This document shows positions 37,215-45,803 of a stretch of 64,000 nucleotides of DNA, piece by piece. The translations under genes were made by a program, and so were the position numbers. The DNA comes from Luteibaculaceae bacterium (GTDB lineage: Bacteria > Bacteroidota > Bacteroidia > Flavobacteriales_D > Luteibaculaceae). The notes below the pieces were generated by a model. That model saw only the letters and a program-made list of their open reading frames with translations. It had not been told where the DNA came from and did no database searches. The stretch lies in NCBI GenBank assembly GCA_036275295.1, contig DASUEB010000025.1, forward strand, positions 34,332-98,331, read 5' to 3'. Every line of letters begins with the position of its first letter. Position 1 is the stretch's first letter.

Positions 37215-38210
37215 CTATGAATTGTACCCCCACTTCAAAAAAACAGAGCCCCATGTAAACCCGCCGCCAAAAGCCGCAAGTATCACATTGTCGCCCTTTT
37301 TGAGTTTTTTCTCCCACTCCCACAAGCAAAGAGGAATGGTTCCCGAGGTTGTATTTCCGAATTTGTGAATGTTGATCATTACACGTGAGGCATCGAGGCC
37401 CATGCGTTCGTAGGTAGCCTGAATGATGCGCAGATTGGCCTGGTGTGGCACCAACCAAGCGATGTCGTCGGCAGTAAGTTGATTGCGCTCCATAATATCG
37501 GCGGCTACTTGCGCCATATTGGTTACCGCGAACTTAAACACGGCCTGGCCCTCTTGATAAACAAAGTGCTCGCCCGCATCGATGGTTTGATGGGTAGGCG
37601 GTTTAACAGATCCACCGGCCTTTTGGTGCAGGTGCACCCTTCCGGATCCGTCGCTTTTTAGGATGCTGTCAATAATGCCAACCCGCTCTTGGGTGGGCTC
37701 CAACATGACTGCGCCGCAACCGTCGCCAAAGATAATGCAGGTGGTGCGGTCTGCGTAGTTGATGATAGACGACATCTTATCGACCCCAACCACAACCACT
37801 TTTTTATATTTTCCGGTTTCGATGTATTGCGAACCGGTAACCAAGCCGTAAATAAAACCCGAGCAAGCGGCGTTGACGTCGAAGCTAAACGCATTAGTTG
37901 CGCCCACCTTGTCGGTAATTATATTGGCCGTCGCGGGAAAAACCATGTCACCCGTCACGGTGCAGCAAATCAGCAGATCTACTTCCTTGGGATCGGTTCC
38001 GGTTTTGGCTAGTAGACCTTTTACGGCCTCAGCGGCCATATCCGAGCTCCCGAGGCCTTCGCCCTTTAGAATTCGGCGCTCCTTGATACCGGTCCTGCTA
38101 AATATCCACTCATCGGTTGTGTCAACCAATTTTTCCAATTCCGCATTGGTGAGCACATAGTCAGGGACGTAGCCTTGCACTCCGGTTATTACGGCATAAG
38201 TTTTATCCAT
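37215..38210 (-). CDS. fabH: 3-oxoacyl-ACP synthase III
   Basis: Active-site context [11 protein letters not shown], plus VPHQAN and GNTTSG motifs. Confidence 0.9.
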   Translation of the reverse strand: MDKTYAVITGVQGYVPDYVLTNAELEKLVDTTDEWIFSRTGIKERRILKGEGLGSSDMAAEAVKGLLAKTGTDPKEVDLLICCTVTGDMVFPATANIITDKVGATNAFSFDVNAACSGFIYGLVTGSQYIETGKYKKVVVVGVDKMSSIINYADRTTCIIFGDGCGAVMLEPTQERVGIIDSILKSDGSGRVHLHQKAGGSVKPPTHQTIDAGEHFVYQEGQAVFKFAVTNMAQVAADIMERNQLTADDIAWLVPHQANLRIIQATYERMGLDASRVMINIHKFGNTTSGTIPLCLWEWEKKLKKGDNVILAAFGGGFTWGSVFLKWGYNS

Positions 38211-38253
38211 CTTCCTGAAAATCAGAATTTAGCTTTGGTGAAAAATACGACCA

Positions 38254-38287
38254 GAAAAAAAACCCAACGCCCGTCATGGGGTTGGGT
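38254..38287 (-). terminator. rho-independent terminator (second of two) after rpmF
   Basis: Minus strand: ACCCAAC...GTTGGGT followed by T8-9. Confidence 0.7.
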
Positions 38288-38294
38288 GTTATAC

Positions 38295-38325
38295 AAAAAA
38301 AAGAGCGCCACGATGTGGAGCTCTT
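38295..38325 (-). terminator. rho-independent terminator (first of two) after rpmF
   Basis: Minus strand: AAGAGC-loop-GCTCTT followed by T8. Confidence 0.7.
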
Positions 38326-38338
38326 ACAGAATCATAGG

Positions 38339-38536
38339 TTACTCAGCCGAAGCAACTTCTTGCTCCATAACCACTTTACCGTTGTAGTAAAGTTTACCTT
38401 CAAACCAGTGAGCGCGGTGTGTTTTGTGAACTTGTCCAGTAGTTGGGCAAGTTGTCAAACCCGGTGTTTCCGCTTTGTAGTGCGTTCTGCGCTTATCTCT
38501 GCGGGTGCTCGAATGTCTGCGTTTTGGATGTGCCAT
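38339..38536 (-). CDS. rpmF: 50S ribosomal protein L32
   Basis: [22 protein letters not shown]-terminus. Confidence 0.9.
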   Translation of the reverse strand: MAHPKRRHSSTRRDKRRTHYKAETPGLTTCPTTGQVHKTHRAHWFEGKLYYNGKVVMEQEVASAE

Positions 38537-38548
38537 GGTGGTATCTAA

Positions 38549-39070
38549 TTACTCGTTTTTATTTTTCTTTAGCGGAGCCCAACGCGGGTCTTCCTCTGGT
38601 TCGTTGTTTTGTTGGCCAACGGCGTATTTCTCTAAGGCTTTTAACACTTCGGGGTTGCATTCGCTTGGCTCGTGGCTATGTCCCAGCGGAACATCGACCA
38701 AGATGTACTCATAAACAAACTGACTGATATCAATTTGGTATTCGTTTGGACTGATTACCACAATATCGTCGGTTTGTTCAGCGTAATCTGCATCGCCAAA
38801 CTTCACGATCAACAAGTTGACTTGGTGAAGAGGAATGGTCATGTCTTCCAGGCATCGATCGCAGCTCACAGTGGCTGTGCCACGGTGGGTAAACTGCAAT
38901 TGGAGCATGTTCGATTTCTTCTCGAGTTCAACCTCGAGTTGAATCTTGACATCACGCAACTCATCGTTGTTAAAGTGCTCAAAGAACGCGTCGCCTACCT
39001 CAAATTCAAACCGGTGTGTCCCGAGTGATAGGCCAACAAAGTTGATCTGGTATTCTCGTAAACTTCGCAC
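38549..39070 (-). CDS. yceD: YceD/DUF177-family protein
   Basis: Position upstream of rpmF, CDRCLEDM motif, acidic C-terminus. GTG start at 39070. Confidence 0.8.
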   Translation of the reverse strand: MRSLREYQINFVGLSLGTHRFEFEVGDAFFEHFNNDELRDVKIQLEVELEKKSNMLQLQFTHRGTATVSCDRCLEDMTIPLHQVNLLIVKFGDADYAEQTDDIVVISPNEYQIDISQFVYEYILVDVPLGHSHEPSECNPEVLKALEKYAVGQQNNEPEEDPRWAPLKKNKNE

Positions 39071-39091
39071 AAGTTGTCATTTTTGGGGTGG

Positions 39092-39099
39092 CAAATGTA
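39092..39099 (-). promoter_or_regulatory. -7 promoter box TACATTTG for yceD-rpmF
   Basis: Exact TAnnTTTG on the minus strand, 21 nt upstream of GTG 39070. Confidence 0.45.
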
Positions 39100-39328
39100 C
39101 GTATTTATATTTCAGAAAATCAAATTATCAACAAAATATTGTTTACGGATCAAGCGCAAACCGCATTCTTAGATTTCCACCTTATCGCTCTGCCCCATCC
39201 TCGGCCTTCTGCCTCAGAACCAAAGGAATGGGCAAGGCCCTTTGGGGTGTTAGATCCCGTGGCAAGAGCCATGAGTATAAAATCATGAATGCCAATCGCT
39301 CGGACATGGGTGTTGAAAAGGGCCAACA

Positions 39329-40390
39329 TTACTCGCGCTCCATCTTTTGCTGAGGTTGAAGTTTGTTGGCATTGATTTCGCGATAGAATTTGCGCTGCAT
39401 GAAAATGTCGCATGCCGAATAGACGGCTTGACGGAACGAATTTTCATTGGCTTCGCCTTTTCCGGCAATATCGTAGGCCACGCCGTGGTCAGGTGAGGTG
39501 CGCACAATGGGCAATCCAGCCGTAAAGTTCACTCCTGCATCGAAGCTGAGCGCTTTAAACGGGGTAAGACCTTGGTCGTGATACATTGCCAGCACCCCGT
39601 CGAATTGACCTAGGGCTGGTGATCCAAAAAATCCGTCGCTGGCATAGGGACCAAAACACAGAATACCCTCGCGACGACCTTGTTCTACAGCGGGAATGAT
39701 AATATTCTTCTCCTCCTCGCCCAACAAACCGTTGTCGCCCGCGTGTGGATTGAGACCTAAAACAGCAATTCTGGGTTTTACCACCCCAAAATCGCGGAGC
39801 AAGCTGTTGTTCATGATGCGTAATTTCTGCAAAATCTGCTCCTTAGTCAGTCGCTCAGCCACTTCTTTGAGCGGGATATGACCCGTAACTACTCCCACTC
39901 TAAGGTTTTCGGCGATTAATAGCATCAGCGATTCCTTCTCGTTGCTCAGTTGGGTAAAGTACTCGGTGTGACCGGGAAAATTAAAGCCCTCTCCTTGGAT
40001 GGTTTTTTTGTCGATTGGCAGCGTAACAATAACATCAATGCGTCCTTCCGCGAGATCCTTGGCAGCTGCTTCAATCGACTTGAGGGCGTATTGGCCTGTA
40101 GTAGCAGAGGGCTGACCGAGGTTGATTTCAACGTCTTCGTTCCAACAATTGATTAAGTTGGGTTTTTTGGGATTCGCCTCGTCGGCACTTTGAATAATAT
40201 TAAAACTAAAGTCGTTTATTTTCAGGGCCTTCCTGTGGAATGAAGCCGTTTTCGAACTCCCGTAAACGATGGGCGTGCAGGTAGTCAGCAAACGATTGTC
40301 GAGCAAGCCTTTGATGATGACCTCCATGCCGATGCCGTTTAGGTCACCGGTGGTAATGCCCACCCTCAAGTATTCGTGTTTGTTTTTCAT
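39329..40390 (-). CDS. pdxA: 4-hydroxythreonine-4-phosphate dehydrogenase
   Basis: GDLNGIG, FPGHTEYF and SPDHGVAYDIAGKG motifs. Confidence 0.9.
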   Translation of the reverse strand: MKNKHEYLRVGITTGDLNGIGMEVIIKGLLDNRLLTTCTPIVYGSSKTASFHRKALKINDFSFNIIQSADEANPKKPNLINCWNEDVEINLGQPSATTGQYALKSIEAAAKDLAEGRIDVIVTLPIDKKTIQGEGFNFPGHTEYFTQLSNEKESLMLLIAENLRVGVVTGHIPLKEVAERLTKEQILQKLRIMNNSLLRDFGVVKPRIAVLGLNPHAGDNGLLGEEEKNIIIPAVEQGRREGILCFGPYASDGFFGSPALGQFDGVLAMYHDQGLTPFKALSFDAGVNFTAGLPIVRTSPDHGVAYDIAGKGEANENSFRQAVYSACDIFMQRKFYREINANKLQPQQKMERE

Positions 40391-40398
40391 AATGTGCT

Positions 40399-41832
40399 TT
40401 AGTAGCTCAATAAAAATTCAGTGAACAGTCGCACCCCTACTCCAGTACCTCCCGAAGTGCGGTAGCTGCTTGCCTTGTGAAGGTACGACGGACCAGCAAT
40501 ATCCAGATGAACAAAGGGCGATTTGGTAAAGTGCGCCAAAAATTTTCCGGCGGTGATAGCCCCTGCTAAATCAGAACCGAGGTTTTTGATATCAGCGACT
40601 TCCGACTTGATTTCATCGTCGTACTCGCTCCAGAACGGAAATTCCACTAAGCGCTCGTAACAGCCCTCGCCCACTGATTTCAACTTGGCAAAAACGTCGG
40701 GCGAAGCGGTTCCCATGGCTACCGAACCGTAGGTGCCAATGGCTCTTAAAGCGGCACCGGTTAGGGTAGCTGCATTGATAACCAACTCGGGTTTAAACTG
40801 CTCGCTGTAGGCCAAGGCATCTGCTAGTATCATGCGTCCTTCCGCATCGGTGTTGAGCACCTCAACGTGGAGTCCGTTCATCATTTTTACGACATCGCCA
40901 GGAGCATAGGCCGCACCGCCTGGGCGGTTGTCGGTGGCAGGGATCAATCCAATGACGTAAACATCGGCATTTAATTTCGCCAATGCGTAAAGGGCAGCTG
41001 CCACGGCAGCGCCTCCCGCCATATCGCTCTTCATGTAGTCCATAGAATGCGGGGTAGGTTTCAAGCTCAAACCACCTGTGTCGTAGACTACGCCTTTGCC
41101 CACCAGCACAACGGGTTTTTTGTTGCGGGCTTTCTTAGGTTTCCACTCAATGCGAGTAAAAGTGGGCGGTTCAACGCTGCCCTGATTTACCGCAAGCAGT
41201 CCACCCATTTTCATTTTTTCTATTTCTTTTTTATCGAATACCTGCACATCGCATCCTGCCGACTCGCAGGCCTCTTTCATTGATGAGGCAAAAACCCTAG
41301 CGGTTAAATACGAATTGGGTTCGTTGACCCAGTTGCGAGCCATAAACGTCGCCTCGACTAGAGTTTGTAGCTTCTGAAGTGACGTTTTATTCATGCCCTG
41401 CTCTGAGAAGAGCACCTCGGCGAGGCGGTAGGTGTGTTTCTTGGTGTCGGTTTTGTACTTCAGAAATTCATAAGTCGATAGGAGCAGTCCCTCAGCAAAG
41501 GCATATGCCAAGGCCGTGTTTGAAATCTGAATCCCCAGCGAAGTAATGCGATGGGTTTTCGCGTGCTGGTAGACGGTATGGCCCAGTTTTCGGTAGGATT
41601 CCAGGCCCTGACTGTCGGTTCCGGTTTTTTTCTGCAGAATGATAAATACGTGCTGATTGATCCGATTCAACGCGATCAGGGTTTCATCTGATTTCACGCG
41701 CTCTTTCACGTAATCTTGCTCCACCTTACTCAGATGAAGACGGTCCAAATCCTTGTCGCTGGCTAGATTGATCACCAGGTGCTTGTCGGGCGCAAGACTT
41801 TTATGGATACTTAGCTTGGCTAAATTCATCAT
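40399..41832 (-). CDS. pepA: leucyl aminopeptidase (M17)
   Basis: VGKGVVYDTGGLSLKP and NTDAEGRMILADAL motifs. Confidence 0.9.
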   Translation of the reverse strand: MMNLAKLSIHKSLAPDKHLVINLASDKDLDRLHLSKVEQDYVKERVKSDETLIALNRINQHVFIILQKKTGTDSQGLESYRKLGHTVYQHAKTHRITSLGIQISNTALAYAFAEGLLLSTYEFLKYKTDTKKHTYRLAEVLFSEQGMNKTSLQKLQTLVEATFMARNWVNEPNSYLTARVFASSMKEACESAGCDVQVFDKKEIEKMKMGGLLAVNQGSVEPPTFTRIEWKPKKARNKKPVVLVGKGVVYDTGGLSLKPTPHSMDYMKSDMAGGAAVAAALYALAKLNADVYVIGLIPATDNRPGGAAYAPGDVVKMMNGLHVEVLNTDAEGRMILADALAYSEQFKPELVINAATLTGAALRAIGTYGSVAMGTASPDVFAKLKSVGEGCYERLVEFPFWSEYDDEIKSEVADIKNLGSDLAGAITAGKFLAHFTKSPFVHLDIAGPSYLHKASSYRTSGGTGVGVRLFTEFLLSY

Positions 41833-42075
41833 ATTGGGATTAGGGGCTAAAAGTAACAGATAATCCTAAATTATGCCGTACGAATCCACCCCGAGGTAGA
41901 ACAAACTTCGCAACCATGCCAACGCGAATGAATTCAGAAGTTTTCGAGGACGGCGTGACAAAAGAAGTCATTCCTCAAAAAACGCGCATCGACCGAGGCA
42001 ATGGGAACAAATGACTGGCGCCGGCTTCTCCATTTGTCTAGTTCATTGGTAAACCCAACCCTAAAAAACCGTAAT

Positions 42076-42095
42076 TTAGAAGATTTATCTTCTAA
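42076..42095. other. 20-bp palindrome TTAGAAGAT-TT-ATCTTCTAA
   Basis: Perfect 9-bp arms with a 2-nt centre, 73 nt upstream of the heptamer array. Confidence 0.4.
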
Positions 42096-42167
42096 GTGTT
42101 TCCGAACTCCTTCGCTAGCCCTAGCTCGGTAACTGAGACTTATGGAAATCTAACGAAGACATCATAT

Positions 42168-42303
42168 CACCTGTCACGTGTCACCTATCACCCATCACGT
42201 TTCACCCATCACGTTTCACCTATCACCTTTCACGTATCACGTATCACCTATCACGTGTCACTATTAACTATTAACTACTAACTATTAACTATTAACTACT
42301 ATC
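42168..42303 (+). repeat. 7-nt-phased tandem array: 13 x CAC(C/G)(T/C)NT, then 6 x TAYTAAC
   Basis: Units counted by hand with no register break: CACCTGT CACGTGT CACCTAT CACCCAT CACGTTT CACCCAT CACGTTT CACCTAT CACCTTT CACGTAT CACGTAT CACCTAT CACGTGT CAC TATTAAC TATTAAC TACTAAC TATTAAC TATTAAC TACTATC. Confidence 0.95.
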
Positions 42304-42326
42304 TTTAAGCCTTTGTTGAGGAAGAC

Positions 42327-44936
42327 ATGAGGTATATATTCGGCGTTCTGTTCGCCTGTTTCAGTTATTTACAAACCTTTGCTACCCATATCGAAGCGGG
42401 TGAAATTACCTATCGACAACTAAATGGCTTTACCTACGAGGCAACACTCGTGTTGTACGTGCTTCGCTCATCTAATGTGCCTGGAAACTTAGTCGACGGA
42501 TTCAACTGGGGCGATGGAACGGTTCAAACGCTGACCTTGTCGAGCGAAATTTTGCTTTCAGACAACCTTACCCAGAAGCGAACCTACATTGCCACGCACA
42601 CCTACCCCGGACCTTCGCGATACCTCTTGAGTCTCAATGAGCAGTTTCGCATCAACAGCATTCAAAATATCAACAACGGAAACGGAGTCAATGTCGCTTT
42701 TTACCTCGAGTCGGAGCTCATCATCAACCCATTCAATCCGGTGGGATCGGCAGTCAAAAACAACAGTCCCATACTGATCAATCCACCACTCGACAAGGCG
42801 TGTATATTTCAGCCATTTGAGCACAATCCTGCCGCTTACGACATCGATGGCGACAGCCTTTCCTATCAGTTGGTGCCTTGCCGGGGCCAAGGCGGTGTAC
42901 CCATCGTGTATGTAGATCCCGATCAAGTAAATCCCGGGGCGAACAATCAAATATCCATAGATCCGGTAACGGGAACGGTAAGCTGGACCAGCGCACAGCT
43001 TGCGGGGATATACAACATTGCCATTCTGATCACGGAGTGGCGCGGGGGGCAAAAAGTGGGATCGGTGCTTCGCGATATGCAAATTAAGGTGGTGAATTGC
43101 GCAAATAGGCCCCCATTTATTCGCGATTACGGCGACACCTGCGTGGCTGTCAACAGCAACATCAACAAGCTCTTCGAAGCCAATGATGGCAACAATTTCA
43201 ACGACAACATCAGCATCACCGCATCGGGAGAAACCTTTGAACGAGTTACCCTCCTCTCCTCTCTAAGTAATGCCGTTGTGGGTAACCCTGCCTCTGTGGT
43301 TTACAATTGGATCCCAACCTGCGCTGAGGCTCGCCGCCAGCCCTACGAGGTGGTACTCAAAGCAACCGATGATGGCAACCTACCACTGGCCGACTACGGC
43401 ACTTGGCGCATCAGTGTCGTATTGCCTCCGGTCACCGTTTATCCTCCCCAAGTACAAGGTGGGCGCGTTCAAATCAATTGGGACGCAAGTATCTGCAACA
43501 ATGTAGATGGATACCGGGTTTATCGATCCAGCTGCACGGCAGGGGCTCCCAACACCTCTTGCAGTTTCGCGGCTGATCCTCGCTTTCAGCTTGTAGGAAC
43601 AGTTCAGGGCAGCGGTCAGCTGAAATACATCGACACTACGTTGACCTTCTCTACCGAGGCCTGTTACATCGTCGTTCCGTTTCGCGACAATGGGGCAGAG
43701 GGAATTGCAAGTGTGCCGGTGTGCGTTGAATCGCCCTTTCAAGAAATATGCATGGTGTCGGTTGGAAGAACCGATGCTGTCAACGGTTTGGACACCATCA
43801 AATGGAACAAACCCATCGATATTGACACCTTGACACAATATACAGGTCCTTACCAATACCGCGTTTATCGGAGCCCAGGCATAACAAAAGCCACCAATTT
43901 GGTTTACCAAACACCCATTTCAATCGAATTTTACAAAACCGATACGGTATTCATCGACTCAGCACTGAATACCATTGATAGCGCTTATACCTATTTGGTT
44001 GAGCTTTATTCTGGAAACGCACTGGTAGGAAACAGCTCCAATGCGTCGTCCATTTTCCTGCGCGCCGCAGGAAGCGACCGAAAAATCAGTTTAACTTGGA
44101 CCTCCAAAGTGCCATGGACCGAGACGGGTGCTACCGTCCAACGGTTTGATACGGTCAGCCAAACATGGGTCAACTTGGTGAGCAACTTAAACGACACGAT
44201 GTATGCCGACACATCGGCTCAAAATGGATTTACCTACTGTTACCGCATCGTCAGGGGAACCCGCTTTTGTGATCCCGCCCGCACATCATCACTGATGAAT
44301 TTTTCACAAGAGGTTTGCGCCACTGCCGTTGATCAATCTGCCCCTCCCATTCCCGTTCTCAGCGCTACACCGTTTTGCAAAGACGGTTATGCCGAGCTTA
44401 CTTGGGCGGTTAGCTCGAGCATTGCCAACGCCGACCTGAAATCGTTTATCATCTTCTACAAACCCAGCTTAACCGGCGATTTCACGCCAATCGCCACCCT
44501 TGACAAAAACCAGAGGTTCTTTTTTTATACCAACAACAACAAATCGATTACCGGCTGTTATGCCATTGGTACAGAAGACACCTTGGGGAATACAAGCGGT
44601 CCGGGACCTCGTATTTGCTTGGAAGATTGTCCCGAATACCGTTTGCCCAACGTTTTTACGCCCAATGGAGATGGCGTAAACGACGTTTTTACGCCGTTCC
44701 CGTACAACGGAGTAACCGGCATCGAATTGCAGATTTTCAACCGATGGGGCAAGATGGTATTTCAAACCACCAATCCAGATATACTGTGGGATGGTCGTGT
44801 AGAAGGCGCCAATGCCTCTGATGGTGTATATTTTTACGTCGGGACCGTATTCTTTGGTTCCAGCGCGGGTCCAAAACCTGTCGAATTAAAAGGTACCGTC
44901 ACTCTCTTTACCTCCCAATCACAACGAAGCGAATAA
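42327..44936 (+). CDS. large cell-surface protein with T9SS type-B (gliding-motility-associated) C-terminal sorting domain
   Basis: Signal peptide. C-terminus ...LPNVFTPNGDGVNDVFTP...IFNRWGKMVFQT...WDGR...DGVYFYV is the type-B CTD signature. Confidence 0.85.
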   Translation: MRYIFGVLFACFSYLQTFATHIEAGEITYRQLNGFTYEATLVLYVLRSSNVPGNLVDGFNWGDGTVQTLTLSSEILLSDNLTQKRTYIATHTYPGPSRYLLSLNEQFRINSIQNINNGNGVNVAFYLESELIINPFNPVGSAVKNNSPILINPPLDKACIFQPFEHNPAAYDIDGDSLSYQLVPCRGQGGVPIVYVDPDQVNPGANNQISIDPVTGTVSWTSAQLAGIYNIAILITEWRGGQKVGSVLRDMQIKVVNCANRPPFIRDYGDTCVAVNSNINKLFEANDGNNFNDNISITASGETFERVTLLSSLSNAVVGNPASVVYNWIPTCAEARRQPYEVVLKATDDGNLPLADYGTWRISVVLPPVTVYPPQVQGGRVQINWDASICNNVDGYRVYRSSCTAGAPNTSCSFAADPRFQLVGTVQGSGQLKYIDTTLTFSTEACYIVVPFRDNGAEGIASVPVCVESPFQEICMVSVGRTDAVNGLDTIKWNKPIDIDTLTQYTGPYQYRVYRSPGITKATNLVYQTPISIEFYKTDTVFIDSALNTIDSAYTYLVELYSGNALVGNSSNASSIFLRAAGSDRKISLTWTSKVPWTETGATVQRFDTVSQTWVNLVSNLNDTMYADTSAQNGFTYCYRIVRGTRFCDPARTSSLMNFSQEVCATAVDQSAPPIPVLSATPFCKDGYAELTWAVSSSIANADLKSFIIFYKPSLTGDFTPIATLDKNQRFFFYTNNNKSITGCYAIGTEDTLGNTSGPGPRICLEDCPEYRLPNVFTPNGDGVNDVFTPFPYNGVTGIELQIFNRWGKMVFQTTNPDILWDGRVEGANASDGVYFYVGTVFFGSSAGPKPVELKGTVTLFTSQSQRSE

Positions 44937-45535
44937 TGTTTACTGGAATTATTGAATCTCTTGGGGTACTGGTTGACCTCCAGCATGAAGCGAGCAACCT
45001 ACACCTCACTTTCGAATCCAACATCAGCAACGAACTCAAAATTGACCAAAGCGTAGCGCACAATGGCGTTTGTCTCACCGTGGTGCAATGTGGCAACGGC
45101 AGACATACCGTAACAGCCATCGACGAAACCCTTCAAAAAACCAACTTAGGGCAACTCAAACTTGGGCATCGGGTGAATCTCGAGCGCTGTTTGGTTGCAG
45201 GCGGTCGACTGGACGGACATATCGTTCAGGGCCATGTAGACCAAATTGGCAAGTGTGTGAATGTGGTCGATCAAAACGGGTCGTGGCGTTATGATTTTGA
45301 ATACGATCCAACGCTTGGCAACATCACCGTTGAGAAAGGATCGATCTGTGTAAACGGCGTTTCGTTGACGGTTGTAAACTCAGTACCCAACGGATTTTCA
45401 GTAGCCATAATTCCCTACACATGGGAAAACACCGGCTTTGGACAGCTGCACGCAGGCGACTCGGTCAACCTAGAATTCGACATCGTAGGCAAATACATCA
45501 AACGACTGCATCAAGGGTATGGATGGAAGAGTTGA
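44936..45535 (+). CDS. ribE: riboflavin synthase
   Basis: MFTGIIESLG N-terminus and two lumazine-binding repeats (SVAHNGVCLTV / SICVNGVSLTV). The ATG overlaps the upstream TAA (TAATG). Confidence 0.9.
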   Translation: MFTGIIESLGVLVDLQHEASNLHLTFESNISNELKIDQSVAHNGVCLTVVQCGNGRHTVTAIDETLQKTNLGQLKLGHRVNLERCLVAGGRLDGHIVQGHVDQIGKCVNVVDQNGSWRYDFEYDPTLGNITVEKGSICVNGVSLTVVNSVPNGFSVAIIPYTWENTGFGQLHAGDSVNLEFDIVGKYIKRLHQGYGWKS

Positions 45536-45654
45536 GGGTTTGGGGTTTGGAGTTTAGGGTTGAGGGTTGAGAGTTGAGGGTTGAGGGTTGAGGGTTTAGG
45601 GTTGAGAGTTTAGGGTTTAGGGATTAAGCGTTACAAACACGTATCACGTTTCAC
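45529..45654 (+). repeat. 7-nt-phased G-rich array (14 x GRGTTKA, telomere-like), running in register into CAC heptamers
   Basis: GAGTTGA GGGTTTG GGGTTTG GAGTTTA GGGTTGA GGGTTGA GAGTTGA GGGTTGA GGGTTGA GGGTTTA GGGTTGA GAGTTTA GGGTTTA GGGATTA AGCGTTA CAAACAC GTATCAC GTTTCAC. The first unit contains the ribE stop codon. Confidence 0.95.
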
Positions 45655-45692
45655 CAGCCGTAGCCTTGACCTCGCGCCATAACCTGGACAAA

Positions 45693-45727
45693 CTCGGTTA
45701 CCGAAATCGACAAGCTTAGTCACCGAG
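45693..45727. other. hairpin in the unique spacer between heptamer arrays
   Basis: CTCGGTTAC / GTCACCGAG (8 of 9 bp), 17-nt loop, flanked by CCAGCC...GGCTGG. No U-run, so a weak terminator candidate. Confidence 0.35.
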
Positions 45728-45740
45728 CGAAGGCTGGTTT

Positions 45741-45803
45741 CACGCATCACATATCACGTTTCACGCATCACGTATCACGTATCACGTTTCACGCATCACC
45801 TCT
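45741..45803 (+). repeat. 7-nt-phased array, 9 x CAC(G/A/C)NNT
   Basis: CACGCAT CACATAT CACGTTT CACGCAT CACGTAT CACGTAT CACGTTT CACGCAT CACCTCT. The last unit touches the metF stop codon (45803-45805). Confidence 0.95.

Noticed and set aside
42168-42303. Heptamer arrays (also 45529-45654 and 45741-45803) as a CRISPR array
   Set aside because: The units are 7 nt and contiguous, with no unique spacers of 25-40 nt, no leader and no cas genes in the window.
41833-42326. FMN riboswitch controlling the adhesin-ribE unit
   Set aside because: No FMN-element-like sequence is visible. The region is repeat DNA plus a palindrome.
45529-45626. TTTAGGG-like repeats as eukaryotic telomere contamination or an assembly chimera
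   Set aside because: The array starts within the ribE stop codon and continues in register into bacterial-type CAC heptamers and then the metF stop. It is embedded in continuous bacterial sequence.
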